Assembly: GCA_003133545.1 (NCBI GenBank)
Contig: PKYA01000062.1
Location: forward strand, 7,135 to 71,134
Direction: 5' to 3'
Source: Acidimicrobiaceae bacterium
GTDB taxonomy: Bacteria; Actinomycetota; Acidimicrobiia; Acidimicrobiales; RAAP-2
DNA length: 64,000 nucleotides
The notes beneath the pieces were generated by a model, which was given only the letters and a program-made list of their open reading frames with translations, did no database searches and had not been told where the DNA came from. The position numbers and the translations under genes are program-made. How positions within the stretch are numbered: the first letter of the stretch is position 1; every line of letters begins with the position of its first letter. Below are positions 17,912-27,313 of the stretch, in pieces.

Positions 17912-18756
17912 GTTCACACGCCGGAGCGTTGCTCGCCCGCAAGACGTGGAGGACGCTCGAACCGCTGCACGGGATGATCTATTTCGTGCCCGAGGCGGCC
18001 GATGCCTACGCCAGTATCGGCATCACCGGGCGCACGGGGTACTTCGCCTCGCGCGCCGCCCCCATGGGGGCGGTTTCCGCCGAGGTGGTCATCGCGACGT
18101 TCTTCAATTTCAACCCCGAGTTGGTGCACGCCGCCATCCCGCGGGCGTGGGAGATCGCTTCGCCCCAAGCCATGGTGAAGGCTCGTTTCGAAGCGGTCGA
18201 CGGCGCGTTTCGTCGCCTCCTTGGTGACCAGGTGGTGGCATCAGCAGAGATGGGTCGAGCCGCCGACTTGGCACGCGCCCTGGCCGAAGTGGTCCGCGAT
18301 CGGGTCGAAGGCCGACCCCTCTGTGCCGGGCACACCGATCTGTCGTGGCCGGAGTCCCCCCACCTCGTACTGTGGCACGCCCAGTCGATCCTCCGGGAAT
18401 TCCGAGGCGACGGGCACGTGGCTCTGCTGCTCACGCACGATCTCTCCGGACTTGATGCGCTGGTCACCCACGGCAGCGGCGGCGAGGTGCCGGCGCACCT
18501 CCTCCAATCGACGCGCGGTTGGCACGACGAGCAGTGGAGCGCCGCGGTGCGCTCCCTCAAAGAGCGCGGCTGGCTGGCCGAGGGTGATGTGCTGGCACTC
18601 ACCGAGTGGGGTGCGGCCCAGCGACAGGAGATAGAGGACCAGACGGACCGCCTGGCGGCGGCACCGTACCTCGCCCTCGGCGAAGACCACTGCGCCGAAC
18701 TCCGTGCCTTGGCTCGACCGTGGAGCAGGATTTTCGCTAATTTCCTGCTCCGTTGA
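17908..18756 (+). CDS. conserved hypothetical protein (282 aa)
   Basis: GTGA overlap with the IMPase stop. TLEPLHGMIYFVPEAADAYASIGITGRTGYFASRAAPMG... Coding-like composition. Family not recognised with confidence. Confidence 0.6.
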   Translation: MSSHAGALLARKTWRTLEPLHGMIYFVPEAADAYASIGITGRTGYFASRAAPMGAVSAEVVIATFFNFNPELVHAAIPRAWEIASPQAMVKARFEAVDGAFRRLLGDQVVASAEMGRAADLARALAEVVRDRVEGRPLCAGHTDLSWPESPHLVLWHAQSILREFRGDGHVALLLTHDLSGLDALVTHGSGGEVPAHLLQSTRGWHDEQWSAAVRSLKERGWLAEGDVLALTEWGAAQRQEIEDQTDRLAAAPYLALGEDHCAELRALARPWSRIFANFLLR

Positions 18757-18828
18757 ACCGCCGCCCGAATGGACGAGGCCACCGATCCGGTCACCTACGC
18801 TTGTCGCTCCACCCACATTTTGGTTTCA

Positions 18829-18902
18829 GGGCGCTTAGCTCAGTTGGTTAGAGCAGCTGGCTTACAACCAGCAGGTCGGGGGTTCGAGTCCCTCAGCGCC
18901 CA
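18829..18902 (+). tRNA. tRNA-Val (anticodon TAC)
   Basis: The cloverleaf can be drawn by hand. Acceptor GGGCGCT/AGCGCCC, D-stem GCTC/GAGC, anticodon stem GCTGG/CCAGC with loop CTTACAA, T-arm GGGGG-TTCGAGT-CCCTC, discriminator A. CCA is not encoded. Confidence 0.9.
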
Positions 18903-18944
18903 CAAATTTCGCTTGCGCGAACCGCTTGGTGGCCAGCCGGCGGC

Positions 18945-19358
18945 TTAGACCGCGACGACATCGACGAGCCCTCGGAGACTTCGAAAGTCGTCCGGATTGC
19001 GCGAATAGAGCGGGAGTCCTGCAGCACAGGCTGTTGCCGCGATCAAGAGATCCACCGCTCGAGCGCCACGTGCCTTGCGTCCGCTCGCGACTTCGGCAGC
19101 GTAGATCCGCCCATAGGCGCGAGCCGCCTCTCCATCGAAGGGAAGGGGATCGAACGCTGCTTCTGCCCGTTGTAGTCTGTCCTGCCGGCGCGCCCGCTCG
19201 TTGGCGTCAGCGGTCGCGTGCGATCCGGCGGCAAGTTCTGCCATGGTGATCGCGCTGACGGCTAGCTCAAAGGGAAGCTGGTCGACCTCGAGCTGTTCGA
19301 GGTCGATGACCACCGAGGTGTCGATGACACCCCGGTGAGCGCGTGGAGAATTAGGCAC
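18945..19358 (-). CDS. vapC: type II toxin VapC (PIN-domain ribonuclease)
   Basis: VIDTSVVIDL (first acidic residue), ITMAEL, DLLIAATA, LYSRNPDDF. GTG start at 19356-19358 overlaps the antitoxin stop by 8 nt. Confidence 0.85.
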   Translation of the reverse strand: MPNSPRAHRGVIDTSVVIDLEQLEVDQLPFELAVSAITMAELAAGSHATADANERARRQDRLQRAEAAFDPLPFDGEAARAYGRIYAAEVASGRKARGARAVDLLIAATACAAGLPLYSRNPDDFRSLRGLVDVVAV

Positions 19359-19611
19359 GAGGGCTGGGGTCCTGGGATGCGACGCTGTCAAGGTCGTTGC
19401 GGAGCTGGTCCAAGTCGACACTCGGAGCGCCCCGGAACATGGCGATGGCATTGTCGGCATTCACGAAGCGGTGGCGCCGAAGCGGGGTCAACTCCCCGAC
19501 GGGTACTCCATGTCGGGTGACGACGAAGGTCTCACCGCGGTCCAATCCCCTCATGATCTCGCCGCTGTCGTTCCTGAGTTGACGTTGGGTGATGTCTCGT
19601 GCCATGAGCAT
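19351..19611 (-). CDS. Phd/YefM-type antitoxin
   Basis: ITQRQLRNDSGEIMRGLDRGETFVVTRHGVPVGEL is the typical Phd/YefM N-terminal fold sequence. 86 aa, immediately upstream of and overlapping vapC. Confidence 0.8.
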   Translation of the reverse strand: MLMARDITQRQLRNDSGEIMRGLDRGETFVVTRHGVPVGELTPLRRHRFVNADNAIAMFRGAPSVDLDQLRNDLDSVASQDPSPRA

Positions 19612-19613
19612 AT

Positions 19614-19632
19614 TGTAGCACGTGGTGCTACA
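19614..19632. promoter_or_regulatory. candidate operator of the Phd/VapC operon: TGTAGCAC-GTG-GTGCTACA inverted repeat
   Basis: Perfect 8-bp arms with a 3-nt spacer, read directly, 3 nt upstream of the antitoxin start codon. Type II TA operons are typically autoregulated at such palindromes. Confidence 0.4.
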
Positions 19633-19985
19633 GAATTGATCGTCAATCCATGGCGGCCCAGTCCAGCTGACCTGCCCTCAGTCGGAGTGACTGTCTCAGG
19701 CCGGTCGGCGGGCCGGCCATCACCGGAAAACGGTTCCCGTACACGACCACAGAGTTGTGTTCCGGACGGGGGCTGAGTCGGATTCGGGGAAGATCTTCAT
19801 TGCTCACGATCAGACGGTACTGAGCGGTAGTGACTCAGCAGGTAGCGTCGGCTGGTCCAGGGCCCCCGGTCACTCGCCGGTGCTTACCCCCAGATGACGG
19901 CGCAATGTGGCCATAATCCTCCGGTCAATCGAATAAGCAGTGATGACAGCGGCGGGGACTCTGTCGTCGATAGCTTGGGAGTGCC

Positions 19986-20357
19986 GTGACGAAGAGTCTG
20001 TGGCAGTTCGATCCGAGTAGCGGTGGGCGTCCGGTTCCAGATGCGGTGCGCCGGGCGACGAAGGCGGCGATCCTCGCTCACGGTCAGCGGCACTTCACGA
20101 ACCGTTACCGTGAGCTCGAGGTGCGTTTCAAGGCGCAGTTCTGTTACGTGGACGCATATGTCGAACCGGAGGAGCCGGTAGGCGATGAAAGCGAACTGAA
20201 ACTGTGCCGAATTCGCTTCTTTGCCCCTGAACGATGGTCACTGGCCATTTACAGCTACGCCCAGGAGCGATACGAGGCGTCTGTGTTTGCCGACGGCGGG
20301 TTCGTCGGTCTTCCCCAGGACGGGTTCGACCTCGCCGCGAACCTCTACCTCGGGTGA
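19986..20357 (+). CDS. hypothetical protein (123 aa; possibly DUF3024-like)
   Basis: GTG start preceded by GGGAG. CRIRFFAPERWSLAIYSYAQERYEASVF resembles the beta-hairpin W/Y motif I associate with DUF3024. This is a low-confidence recollection. Confidence 0.45.
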   Translation: MTKSLWQFDPSSGGRPVPDAVRRATKAAILAHGQRHFTNRYRELEVRFKAQFCYVDAYVEPEEPVGDESELKLCRIRFFAPERWSLAIYSYAQERYEASVFADGGFVGLPQDGFDLAANLYLG

Positions 20358-20940
20358 CGGGTCCGTCCAGCATGGGCACCGAGCAGGAACCGGTACGGGT
20401 ATACGGACCTGAGACATGGAGGACGGTGGCCGGCACCAGCGGACAGCGTTCCGACGCACCCGGTAGACCTTCCGGAAGAAAGTGAAAGTGACAGCCGAGC
20501 TGACCCGACGCGTCCAAACATGCGGTCGGTCTCCGATCCCGGGCGACCAGTCCAATGGTCGGAACATCCTCATCGACGCCAGCCGTGGAGAGGTCAGAAC
20601 GCCGTCCCGTCGCTTAGGTAGCTTCGTTGCTTTATTCAAACCCTCCAGAGTCTGTTGAGGTCCGGCGTCAACGAGGCGATTCTTTCTGCATCCCGTCGAA
20701 ACAGATGTAGCGGATTTCGTCGCAAGGACGTCTTGAAGACCCCCACGCGCAAGCGGCACTTGTGCACCGGGCCAGATGGATATACAAGGACGCCCCGTGC
20801 TGACATTTCCGTGCGGGTCGCGAGCGCCTTGAAGCCCCGAGGTGGGGCGTGTCGTAGCCCCCAAAATGGCCACCCTGGCTCCCCTGGGCAGCCCGTTCCG
20901 CCGTGACCTACTCTGGTGTTCCCAGGCGGGAGGGTAATTC

Positions 20941-23900
20941 TTGAGCACCGAGAGCGCGACGATCCTGTTCACCGACGTGGTGGGCTCAACGGAGCTCTCG
21001 CAACGTCTGTCGGCCGAGGCCGCCGACGAGGTTCGCCGGGGGCACTTCTCGATTCTGCGCCAGGCCCTGGCCGAGGCCGGTGGCACCGAGGTCAAGAACC
21101 TCGGCGACGGCCTCATGGTGGTCTTCAGCTCGGCCTCCTCGGCTATCGGTTGTGCCGTGGCCATGCAGCAAGGGGTCGAGCGGGACAACCGGGACCGGGA
21201 GCACTCGGTGGGACTGCGAGTAGGGCTGAGCGGGGGCGAGGTAAGCAGAGAGAACGACGACTACTTCGGCGACCCGGTAGTCGAAGCGGCCCGGCTCTGT
21301 GCCACCTGCGAGAGCGGGCAAGTCCTGGCCACCGATGTTGTGCGGGCCATGGCTGGTCGGCGCAGTCGTTACGAATGCCTCTCGCTCGGAGAACTGACCC
21401 TGAAGGGACTGTCCGACCCGGTCGAAACCGTCGAGGTGGTCTGGGAGCCCCTCGGAGGGGCCGACACCGACCCCGGGACAGTCATCCCTTTGCCAGGTCG
21501 TCTGGCAGTACGCCCCATGGTGGGTGTTGTTGGACGCGAAGCCGAGATGCAAACCATGACCGACGCCACCAAGCGCGTCGCCGCGGGCGAAGGGCGCGAG
21601 GTGTTGCTCATTTCGGGCGAGGCCGGTCTGGGAAAGACGACGCTCGTGGCCGAAGCGGCAAGGGCTGCGTTCGAGGCTGGGGCCTGTGTGCTGTTCGGCC
21701 ACTGCGAAGAGGACCTCGCCACCCCCTACCAGCTCTTCGCCGAGGCCCTCCGCCACTACGTCACCCACGCCCCGGAAGGTCAACTCCGCAGCCACGTCGA
21801 GGAGTACGGATCGGAACTGTCCCGACTTGTGCCAGCCTTAGCCAGCAGAATTCCGGGCCTTCCGCCGTCGAAGGCCACCGATTCCGATACCGAGCGGTTC
21901 TTGCTCTTTGCCGCCGTGGTCGGTCTTTTGGCCAAGGTGTCGGAACACCAGCCAGTCGTCCTCGTCCTCGACGACCTCCAGTGGGCTGACAAAGGAAGCC
22001 TGCTGCTCCTTCGCCACCTCACGGCGGCCGAGCAAGCCATGCGCGTACTCACACTCGGTACCTACCGCGACAGTGAGTTATCGCGCTCCCACCCGCTCCT
22101 CGACACCCTGGCGGCGCTGCATCGACAGAATGACGTCAGTCGCATCGAACTGGCAGGGCTCGACGACATCGGCGTAATGGCGTTGATGGAGGCCGCCGCC
22201 GGTCATACCCTCGATGACGCCGGAGTGGGTCTCGCCCACGCTGTCTATCACGAGACCGACGGCAACCCGTTCTTCGTGAGCGAAGTGCTGCGCCACCTGT
22301 CGGAGACCGGGGCTATCTACCAGGACGCCACTGGACGGTGGACCTCTGAGAACACCGTGGAACAGGTGGCCCTACCCGACAGCGTGCGCGTCGTGATTGG
22401 TGCCCGGGTCGGACGACTGGGACAAGACGCCGAGCGTGTGCTGTCGCTGGCGGCGGTCATCGGTCGGGACTTCGACCTCGATGTTCTGGCTCGGGCCACG
22501 AAGTCCTCGGAAGACGAGCTGCTCGACATCCTTGAAGCAGCCACCACTGCCTCCCTGGTGCGGGAGTTGGCCGACGCCCCTGGGCATTACAACTTCGCCC
22601 ACGCCCTCATCCAGCACACCTTGTACGAGGACTTGGGTCTTACCCGTCGAGCCCGGGCACATCGGCAAGTAGCCGAAGCCCTGGAAGACCTGTGCGGCGA
22701 CCGCCCCGGGAGCCGGGTGGGCGAACTGGCCCGCCACTGGTTCAGCGCCACCCAACCCATCGATCTGGCCAAGGCCATCGGTTACTCGCGCCAGGCGGGC
22801 GACGCCGCTCTCGATGCCCTCGCCCCTGCCGACGCCCTTCGTTACTACGCCCAGGCCCTCGACCTCTGCCCCCAGGCCACCGACCCTGATCCCGTCCTCG
22901 GCATCGACCTGGCCATCGGCCTCGGCACGGCCCAGCGCCAGGCCGGGGACCCTGCATTTCGCGAAACCCTTCTTCACGCAGCGCATCGGGCGGCCAATCT
23001 CGGCGACACCGAGCGTTTGGTGGCGGCGGCCCTGGCCAATAACCGGGGCTGGGCCAGCGCCATCGGCACCATCGACGCAGACAAGGTCGAGATCCTGGAG
23101 ATCGCCCTTGGTCGGCTGTCTACCGACGACCTGGATCGGGCTCTCGTCCTCGCCACGCTGTGCTCCGAGCTTGCTCACGGCAGCCCACTCGACCGACGTC
23201 AGGCTCTTGCAGATGAGGCCGTAGCCATCGCACAGGCCAATGGCGACGACGCCGTCATTGTGCGGGTGCTCAATCATGTCTCGCTCCCGCTCCAGGTGCC
23301 ATCCCTCCTCGAACAGTCGCTGGACAGGTCGGCCGACGCTCTGGTTCGAGCCGAACGGGTCGGTGATCCGGTGCTGCTTGACTATGCAGCTATTTGGCGT
23401 GCCATCACTGCTTGTCGCGCGGCGGACATCGAAGAACTGGACCGCTGCGTCGAGATAGCCAGGGGGCTCGTCGAGCAGCTCGACCAGCCCCACTTGACCT
23501 GGGGGAACACTTTCATGCGCGCCCAACGAGCCATAATCGCCGGGGACACTGATCGGGCCGAACAGTTGGCCACGGAGGCCCTCCAGATCGGCACCGACAC
23601 CGGTGAGCCCGATGCCGCAATCTTTTTCGGTGCCCAGTTGGTGGGCGTGAACCACCAACGCGGGACCGCCTACGAGATGGTTCCTATCATCGAGCAGATG
23701 ATCGCCGAGACTCCCGATCTTGGCCCGGGAGCACTCAACGGGGCCCTGGCCTTGGCCTATACGGATGGGGGCAGAGTTGATGACGCGCGTCACCTGCTCG
23801 AGGAGTTCGCAGCCGCAGAATTCGATCTCCCGTTGGACCAGATCTGGATCCCCGCAATGGTCAATTACGCCGATGCTGCCGTTGAATGTCGGGACCTGAC

Positions 23901-24261
23901 GTACGCCATGCCGATGTTCGACAAACTCGCTCCGTGGGCTGATCAGTTGTCCTGTACCGGTTCAACGGCCGAAGGACCGGTCAGCCACTACCTCGGCGGC
24001 CTCGCCACCGTCCTCGGCCGCTACGAAGAAGCGGATGCCTACTTTGCACAATCCGCCGCGTTCAGCGCGCGGGTGGGTGCAAAGTTCTTCGCCGCCCGCA
24101 CAGACTTCTTATGGGGCAGGATGCTGGCGGAGCGCCGTGCCCCCGGGGACATCGAGAAGGCTCGGGACTTACTCACCAAGGCGCACACCACTGCAGTGAC
24201 CAACGGCTACGGGACCGTGGAACGGCGCGCTGCGGCGGCACTCCAACTGTTGGACGCCTAG
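20941..24261 (+). CDS. class III adenylate/guanylate cyclase domain fused to AAA_16/STAND ATPase and TPR-like C-terminal repeats
   Basis: ILFTDVVGSTELS, KNLGDGLMVVF, GLSGGEV, FGDPVVEAARL (cyclase homology domain). Walker A ISGEAGLGKTTL and Walker B VVLVLDDLQWAD. A long helical-repeat C-terminus with no LuxR HTH at the end. TTG start preceded by GGGAGGG. Confidence 0.85.
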   Translation: MSTESATILFTDVVGSTELSQRLSAEAADEVRRGHFSILRQALAEAGGTEVKNLGDGLMVVFSSASSAIGCAVAMQQGVERDNRDREHSVGLRVGLSGGEVSRENDDYFGDPVVEAARLCATCESGQVLATDVVRAMAGRRSRYECLSLGELTLKGLSDPVETVEVVWEPLGGADTDPGTVIPLPGRLAVRPMVGVVGREAEMQTMTDATKRVAAGEGREVLLISGEAGLGKTTLVAEAARAAFEAGACVLFGHCEEDLATPYQLFAEALRHYVTHAPEGQLRSHVEEYGSELSRLVPALASRIPGLPPSKATDSDTERFLLFAAVVGLLAKVSEHQPVVLVLDDLQWADKGSLLLLRHLTAAEQAMRVLTLGTYRDSELSRSHPLLDTLAALHRQNDVSRIELAGLDDIGVMALMEAAAGHTLDDAGVGLAHAVYHETDGNPFFVSEVLRHLSETGAIYQDATGRWTSENTVEQVALPDSVRVVIGARVGRLGQDAERVLSLAAVIGRDFDLDVLARATKSSEDELLDILEAATTASLVRELADAPGHYNFAHALIQHTLYEDLGLTRRARAHRQVAEALEDLCGDRPGSRVGELARHWFSATQPIDLAKAIGYSRQAGDAALDALAPADALRYYAQALDLCPQATDPDPVLGIDLAIGLGTAQRQAGDPAFRETLLHAAHRAANLGDTERLVAAALANNRGWASAIGTIDADKVEILEIALGRLSTDDLDRALVLATLCSELAHGSPLDRRQALADEAVAIAQANGDDAVIVRVLNHVSLPLQVPSLLEQSLDRSADALVRAERVGDPVLLDYAAIWRAITACRAADIEELDRCVEIARGLVEQLDQPHLTWGNTFMRAQRAIIAGDTDRAEQLATEALQIGTDTGEPDAAIFFGAQLVGVNHQRGTAYEMVPIIEQMIAETPDLGPGALNGALALAYTDGGRVDDARHLLEEFAAAEFDLPLDQIWIPAMVNYADAAVECRDLTYAMPMFDKLAPWADQLSCTGSTAEGPVSHYLGGLATVLGRYEEADAYFAQSAAFSARVGAKFFAARTDFLWGRMLAERRAPGDIEKARDLLTKAHTTAVTNGYGTVERRAAAALQLLDA

Positions 24262-24681
24262 CGACAAAGCGAGTCCTCGCCCCGTACGGTATCGCCGCCC
24301 TTTCTTGCGTCATCACTCAATGCCGACCAGGCGATAATGATTCATAATGCCGGTGTGAGTACGGTCGACCACGGTGGGCTCCGAACCGTCGGGAAATAGG
24401 GACGAGCCACAGTTGCAAGCCATAGAGAAGGGATGGCACGGCCGTTCCGGATCGGAGCGACGGACGGTCTGGGTTGTTCTAGCAACCCGGACCAATCACC
24501 CCACCTCTGAGACGGGACGTGCCGTCTTTCAATGTGCGGCTGGAGGGACCAGTCGACGACACCCGAAGATGTCACGGGACTCCAACTCAGACCGAACCTG
24601 CCAGCACTCCCGAAGTTATAAAGGAGCGGCAGTCAAGCGGTGGATCCCTCAGAGAAGTATCAATGTTAGGGGCAGTTCAAT

Positions 24682-25383
24682 TCAGAGGCGACCGGCTGAG
24701 CCGAAAATGAACCATCGCGTCGCCTGGATCTCAGTCGTCCAGCCCTCTGCCTCGATGAGTGACTGCAGCTCGCCTGGCTCGTACATCACACTGACGACCC
24801 GGTACCGCGATCCGCCGCTAAGACGACGCAGGTGAAGGTCGGTGTCGTATTGGACGACGAATGGATCCTTCGTAGTCGTGCTTGGCACTTGGTCGTTTCG
24901 ATTGTCGATGAGGAACGCCCGGCCTGAGGGAGTGAGGCATGAGTCAACCAGGGACCAGAACTCGCCCAATCGGGCCCTTGGTACGTGCGAAAGCCAGAAG
25001 GAGAAGAATACAGCGTCATATTTGGAGTCTGCTTGCCAATCGAAGAGATCCTCTACGACATAGTTGACATCGGAGCGTCCCACCCGTTCCTGGTTGAGTG
25101 CGAGAACCTCAGGCGAACTGTCCACAACGGTGAGGCGGTCGGCTGTCCGTGCGAGACGCTCAGTCCACCAACCAGTTCCCCCCGCCAGTTCCAAGACCAA
25201 GCCCTTAGCGCCAAAGGAGGTTAGGGCGTCGTCCACGACCGCTACCTGGCGCTGCCATTCGAGCAGCTGTTCCTCGCCCCGGTCATACCGACCCCGTCGC
25301 TGCCACCATTCGTCATACTCGGGCGTTCGCGCCCGATAGTACGAACGCTGCTCGGCGAGCAGGTCATCGTCGCTCACATCCAC
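24682..25383 (-). CDS. class I SAM-dependent methyltransferase
   Basis: Motif I VLELAGGTGWWTERLA, then VVDSSPEVL, and DAVFFSFWLSHVP. Confidence 0.8.
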   Translation of the reverse strand: MDVSDDDLLAEQRSYYRARTPEYDEWWQRRGRYDRGEEQLLEWQRQVAVVDDALTSFGAKGLVLELAGGTGWWTERLARTADRLTVVDSSPEVLALNQERVGRSDVNYVVEDLFDWQADSKYDAVFFSFWLSHVPRARLGEFWSLVDSCLTPSGRAFLIDNRNDQVPSTTTKDPFVVQYDTDLHLRRLSGGSRYRVVSVMYEPGELQSLIEAEGWTTEIQATRWFIFGSAGRL

Positions 25384-25495
25384 AGTTTCGCGCTCGTAGG
25401 CGAGTGCCTCAAAGATTGGCCAGCTGCACCTCGAACCGGGCGAACTGGGCTACTTCGGAGACCTGGTCGGACGGGGAATTGGGGACACTTCGTCG

Positions 25496-26104
25496 ATGGG
25501 TTCGGGCAACAGGTGTGGCCCGCTCACTCTTGACCCGCGTCATTGCGCAGTTGGGTACATGGGAGACTCTGACATCGATCCGACCCCGACTCATGGCAGC
25601 GCGAACATGCAGAACAGTGGCGGACAACACGACCGCCAGGAATGGGTCCGCGTCAACTTCACCCAGATCTTCGGTACTTCCGCCGAGGAATTGCAGGCAC
25701 AGGGGATCAATCCTCGTCAATACGCCAGGGAACACCGCGGCGAGATCCGCCGGTTCGCTCAGATGCAACGTAGCCAGGGCATCGCTGTTCCCAGCGGTCG
25801 TCCCGCCAGCGGCCGTGGACCGGGCAACACTGAACCCGGTGCCGGCGAACCTACCAATCAGGGATACGGCTATGGCGGGGGTCGACGCTTCGGCATCGGA
25901 ATGCGCGGCGGTACTGGGTGGATAGGGATACTGCTCGTGTTGTTCGCCCTGCGATTCTTGCTGGTCGACTCATTCGCCGGCACACACGCTGCCATCTTCT
26001 GGGTACTCGGAATCGGCGGGATCATGTTGGTCGCACGAGTGTTCCTCTTCTCCTGGCTCCGCAAGAGACGATTCAACCGACGCCAGTCGGGGGAGCATAA
26101 CTAG
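25496..26104 (+). CDS. hypothetical membrane protein (Gly-rich region followed by two C-terminal TM helices)
   Basis: GYGYGGGRRFGIGMRGGTGWIGILLVLFALRFLL...AIFWVLGIGGIMLVARVFLFSWL. Start unresolved (ATG 25496, 25559 or 25607). No SD seen. Confidence 0.45.
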   Translation: MGSGNRCGPLTLDPRHCAVGYMGDSDIDPTPTHGSANMQNSGGQHDRQEWVRVNFTQIFGTSAEELQAQGINPRQYAREHRGEIRRFAQMQRSQGIAVPSGRPASGRGPGNTEPGAGEPTNQGYGYGGGRRFGIGMRGGTGWIGILLVLFALRFLLVDSFAGTHAAIFWVLGIGGIMLVARVFLFSWLRKRRFNRRQSGEHN

Positions 26105-26639
26105 AGATTTACTTCACATCGACGGTCTGCCATCGGAAGTTTGGAAATGGTCCCACCAGCCCTGTGATCGGGGGCACCCTCTGGCCTCATATTCCACTCA
26201 ATCCCGGAGTCGATTTCTCAGGGCTGAAGACATGCTCGGATGCCTTCTTGCTGCCTGGAGACGGAGCAACTTCTTGCGTCAGATTTTGGCGTGCGCCTCC
26301 GTGGAGTGGGACGAACCAATGTAGCTCAGGGGTACGAACGGTCGGGTTGAATGTTGCCCTTCCTTGTCATTGTCGACGAGGGCGGTAACGCCAGGAAGGC
26401 AACCGGAGGCTCTCACAGACTCACGGTCCAATAGCAACGCGCTGCCAGCCTCCCTCTGCCAGCCGCCAAAAGGCGGAACGGGTCCGCACGAAAAGGGTCC
26501 CCCTTGCGTCGACAACTTGCTGTGGTCCTTCGGATTCGAGAGATCCCGGAACGGCAAGTTGCCACAAAAGACCTCCGTCGGTTGTATTCACCGACTTCTG
26601 CAGTCAGGGTGAGCGTGGTGGTGGTGGTAAGTCTTCCCA

Positions 26640-26966
26640 CTACTCTCGCAGCTTCTGGGGTGCGCGCACCCGCCAAGAGTCAGAAAGCACCTCCCACAAT
26701 TCATCTGCCTCGAGTTCGCTCAAGCGGATCAGGACAGTTGGATGGCGATCGTGGTGCGGGGTCGAAAAGAACGTCGTCGGCTCTGAAGCGATGAGCGCCG
26801 CCTTCTCATCTACGTCGTCGCACCACAAGACGAGGGCGTCACCTTCAGGCCTCATACGTGCGAACAGGCGATCACGAACACGGAACCCCGGCGTGCTGTA
26901 GGAGGGGTTCTCGACGACGTCGGGCGGCGACAACGAGAGGCGGCGAACGTCATCTTCGGTGATCAT
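26640..26966 (-). CDS. MmcQ/YjbR family protein
   Basis: MITEDDVRRLSLSPPDVVENPSYSTPGFRVRDRLFARM...VLWCDDVDEKAALIASEPTTFFSTPHHDRHPTVLIRL matches the YjbR pattern. ATG at 26964-26966 is preferred over the longer ORF to 27008. Confidence 0.7.
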   Translation of the reverse strand: MITEDDVRRLSLSPPDVVENPSYSTPGFRVRDRLFARMRPEGDALVLWCDDVDEKAALIASEPTTFFSTPHHDRHPTVLIRLSELEADELWEVLSDSWRVRAPQKLRE

Positions 26967-27313
26967 GGACCCAGACCGTACGACAATGGGCCAAGGGTCC
27001 GCCGACAAGCCGGATGCCGGACGGCCAAGCGCTGGATGTGTCCCAACGTCCCGGCGGTGGGGGACACCGTGGCAGTGCCGAGTTGGGCAATGATTGCCTG
27101 GTTCATGGTGGGGGAAATATCACCAGGGTCATGGGGTAGTACCACCCTGGCACGTGACACCGCATCGCCTTAGCCTGCCTGGTAGGCGCACCGTGGTGCC
27201 ACGAAGGTGGCGTGTGAAATCGAACTCGACGTCGGTGGACATGGGATGGATCTGGTGAAGCGACGCTCAGGCCACACCGGCCACCGGTATTGGCCTAGGA
27301 AGGCGACGGGCGC

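Noticed and set aside
18829-20940. Search for an integrase/transposase and an att-type direct repeat of the tRNA-Val 3' end to define a mobile element
   Set aside because: No recombinase-like ORF exists anywhere in the window. I could not find a second copy of the tRNA 3' segment by eye. No mobile_element feature is therefore reported, only a weak island hypothesis.
20238-21188. 316-aa minus-strand ORF spanning the spacer and 5' end of the cyclase gene; considered as a possible integrase or regulator next to the TA module
   Set aside because: No recombinase, HTH or other motif. Cys/Arg/Ser-rich translation. It overlaps the well-supported cyclase N-terminus.
20941-24261. Pycsar-type (cyclase + effector) defence system
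   Set aside because: The cyclase domain is fused to a STAND-TPR body, as in common actinobacterial signalling proteins. There is no adjacent small effector with a cNMP-binding, TM or TIR domain.
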